Source: an uncultured Candidatus Rokubacteria bacterium
GTDB taxonomy: Bacteria; Methylomirabilota; Methylomirabilia; Rokubacteriales; CSP1-6
Length of the DNA stretch: 64,000 bases
Direction: 5' to 3'
Assembly (NCBI GenBank): GCA_963771355.1
Contig: CAVYTA010000006.1
Span: 2,528,001-2,592,000, forward strand
Shown here: positions 62,258 to 64,000 of the stretch, one piece after another
Position numbering within the stretch: position 1 is the stretch's first letter
How the letters are laid out: each line of letters begins with the position of its first letter
Notes under the pieces: model-generated
The model's database searches: none
What the model was told of the DNA's origin: nothing
Seen by the model: the letters and a program-made list of their open reading frames with translations, nothing else
Program-made: the position numbers and the translations under genes

Positions 62258-63826
62258 ATGACCAGCAAGGATCCCGCGCCCCGCGAATCGAACCACCTGA
62301 GCCGCCGCCAGCTCCTCCAGGCGAGCGGCCTCACCCTCGGCACCCTCGCCCTCGGCCGCACCGCGTTCGGCCAGACCCCGAAGGCGGGGGGGACGTTCAT
62401 CTCGGCGCGGACGACCGAAGCCACCGGGCTCGATCCCCAGCTGGTGCCGGCGTTCTCGCGGAGCGCCCGCTCGCCCATGATGTACAACCAGCTCGTCCGC
62501 TTCGAGCCGGACATGACCCCGGTGCCGGAGCTGGCCGAGTCGTGGGAGGTCAGCAAGGACGGCTTGACCTGGACGTTCAAGCTGCGGCAAGGCGTGAAGT
62601 TCCACGACGGGCAGGAGCTCACCTCCGAGGACGTGAAGTTCACCTTCGATCGCCTGTTCGAGAAGTCGCCGGGCAAGTCCGACTTCATCGCCGTCGACAA
62701 GGTCGAGCCCGCGGGCAAGTACGGGGTCAAGTTCATCACCAAGGAGCCGTTCGCCGGGCTGCTCGCCGCCCTGGGTGGGTTCTGGGGCTTCATCATCAGC
62801 GAGGCCGGGATCAAGAAGCACGGCGACCTCAACAAGGCCGCCGTCGGCACCGGGCCCTTCATGCTGGACGACTGGAAGGTCGAACAGCAGATGACGCTCA
62901 AGCGGAACCCCAGCTACTTCAAGAAGGGGCTGCCCTACGTCGACGGGGTGCTCCTGCGCGTCATCCCCGACGAGGCCAACATCGTCGCCGCCCTGCGTAC
63001 CGGGCAGATCCATCACGCCTTCATCGAGGACAACAAGAACTTCAACCTCCTCAAGGACGAGAAGTCGCTCACCGGCTACCGCTCCTCGCGGCTGGGGTAC
63101 GACTTCCTCAACATCAACGCCTCGCGCGGCCCCCTCAAGGACGTGCGAGTACGTCAGGCCATCTCGTGGGCGGTGGACCGCGCGCAGGTGATGCGGGTGG
63201 CCGCGTCGAGCTTCGGCCGCCTCACGCCACCGGCCACCGCGCCCATGAAGCAGTGGCAGCTCCCCGAGGATAAGTGGATGCCGTACTACCGCCCGGACGT
63301 GGAGAAGGCCAAGAAGCTCATGGCCGATGCGGGCCACGCCGCCGGATTCACCGTGAAGCTCGGCGTGATCCCCACCTTCCCGACCATGGTCTCCGGAGCC
63401 CCCGTCATCGCCGCCCAGCTCAAGCGGATCGGCATCAACGCCGAGATCGAGAACGTGGAGTACGCGATCTGGATCAAGCGCTGGCAGGCCAAGGACTTCG
63501 ACCTCACCATGAACACCACGCCGGGCTACGCCGATCCCGACACCGCCTTCTTCCGCGCGCTGCACTCGACCAAGGGACAGAACTGGAACTCCTGGAGCGT
63601 GCCGGACCTCGACGCGATGCTGGAGGAGGGCCGCCGCACCATGGACTTCCGGCGGCGGAAGGAGATCTACGATCGCGTCCAGATCATGATCCTGGAGCAC
63701 GTGCCGCACCTCTGGCTCTTCTCCGCCGACACCATCGACTTCACCCAGACGGCGGTGAAGGGTTTCCGGCAGCATCCGACCACCCTGCTCTACGGCTTCG
63801 AGGGCGTCTGGCTCGACAAGGCGTAG
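62258..63826 (+). CDS. ABC substrate-binding protein, family 5 (Tat signal)
   Basis: SRRQLL, LAESW, LRQGVKFHDG, GTGPF; GAGGAGG RBS. Confidence 0.93.
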   Translation: MTSKDPAPRESNHLSRRQLLQASGLTLGTLALGRTAFGQTPKAGGTFISARTTEATGLDPQLVPAFSRSARSPMMYNQLVRFEPDMTPVPELAESWEVSKDGLTWTFKLRQGVKFHDGQELTSEDVKFTFDRLFEKSPGKSDFIAVDKVEPAGKYGVKFITKEPFAGLLAALGGFWGFIISEAGIKKHGDLNKAAVGTGPFMLDDWKVEQQMTLKRNPSYFKKGLPYVDGVLLRVIPDEANIVAALRTGQIHHAFIEDNKNFNLLKDEKSLTGYRSSRLGYDFLNINASRGPLKDVRVRQAISWAVDRAQVMRVAASSFGRLTPPATAPMKQWQLPEDKWMPYYRPDVEKAKKLMADAGHAAGFTVKLGVIPTFPTMVSGAPVIAAQLKRIGINAEIENVEYAIWIKRWQAKDFDLTMNTTPGYADPDTAFFRALHSTKGQNWNSWSVPDLDAMLEEGRRTMDFRRRKEIYDRVQIMILEHVPHLWLFSADTIDFTQTAVKGFRQHPTTLLYGFEGVWLDKA

Positions 63827-63832
63827 AACCGC

Positions 63833-64000
63833 GTGACCCGTTATCTGATCGTCCGGCTGTACTCGATGGCCCTGACCCTGGTGGGGCTGACGGTGCTGAT
63901 CTTTCTCATGCTGCGGCTCATCCCGGGCACGGTGGTGGAGCAGATGATCGGCGCGGACGCGATCGCCAGCCCCGCCATGGTGGCGCAGCTCAAGGCCTTC
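63833..64000 (+). CDS. Peptide/nickel ABC permease (DppB-like), partial at right edge
   Basis: (V)TRYLIVRL...LVGLTVLIFLMLRLIPG. Confidence 0.8.
   Translation, partial: MTRYLIVRLYSMALTLVGLTVLIFLMLRLIPGTVVEQMIGADAIASPAMVAQLKAF

Overview
High-GC (about 70% by eye), gene-dense bacterial chromosome segment with about 60 CDSs. Most encode uptake and catabolic functions: family-5 ABC binding proteins, two TRAP systems, a TAXI receptor, an OprD-type porin, amidases, LLM oxidoreductases, SDRs, amidohydrolases and dioxygenases. This content resembles Candidatus Rokubacteria/Methylomirabilota, but that is an inference only. I saw no rRNA, tRNA, CRISPR array or transposase. Highlights: (1) a UGA-recoded selenoprotein (UGSC motif, 18359-18898) that the ORF track splits in two, with a SECIS-like hairpin, coupled to an uncharacterised partner gene and a TRAP transporter; (2) a tightly packed DNA-repair operon with no Ku in the window: PolX-PHP lacking its catalytic aspartates, an unannotated YaaA-like protein, a stand-alone LigD/Prim-Pol polymerase and a LigC-type ligase; (3) two near-consensus sigma54 promoters, one in front of an orphan mreB paralogue with a candidate enhancer; (4) a DUF222-HNH gene carrying a perfect internal 18-bp palindrome; (5) several apparently leaderless genes. 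Roughly a dozen single-base frameshifts interrupt otherwise intact genes and most likely reflect sequencing or assembly error. All product calls come from motif recognition by eye, not from database searches.
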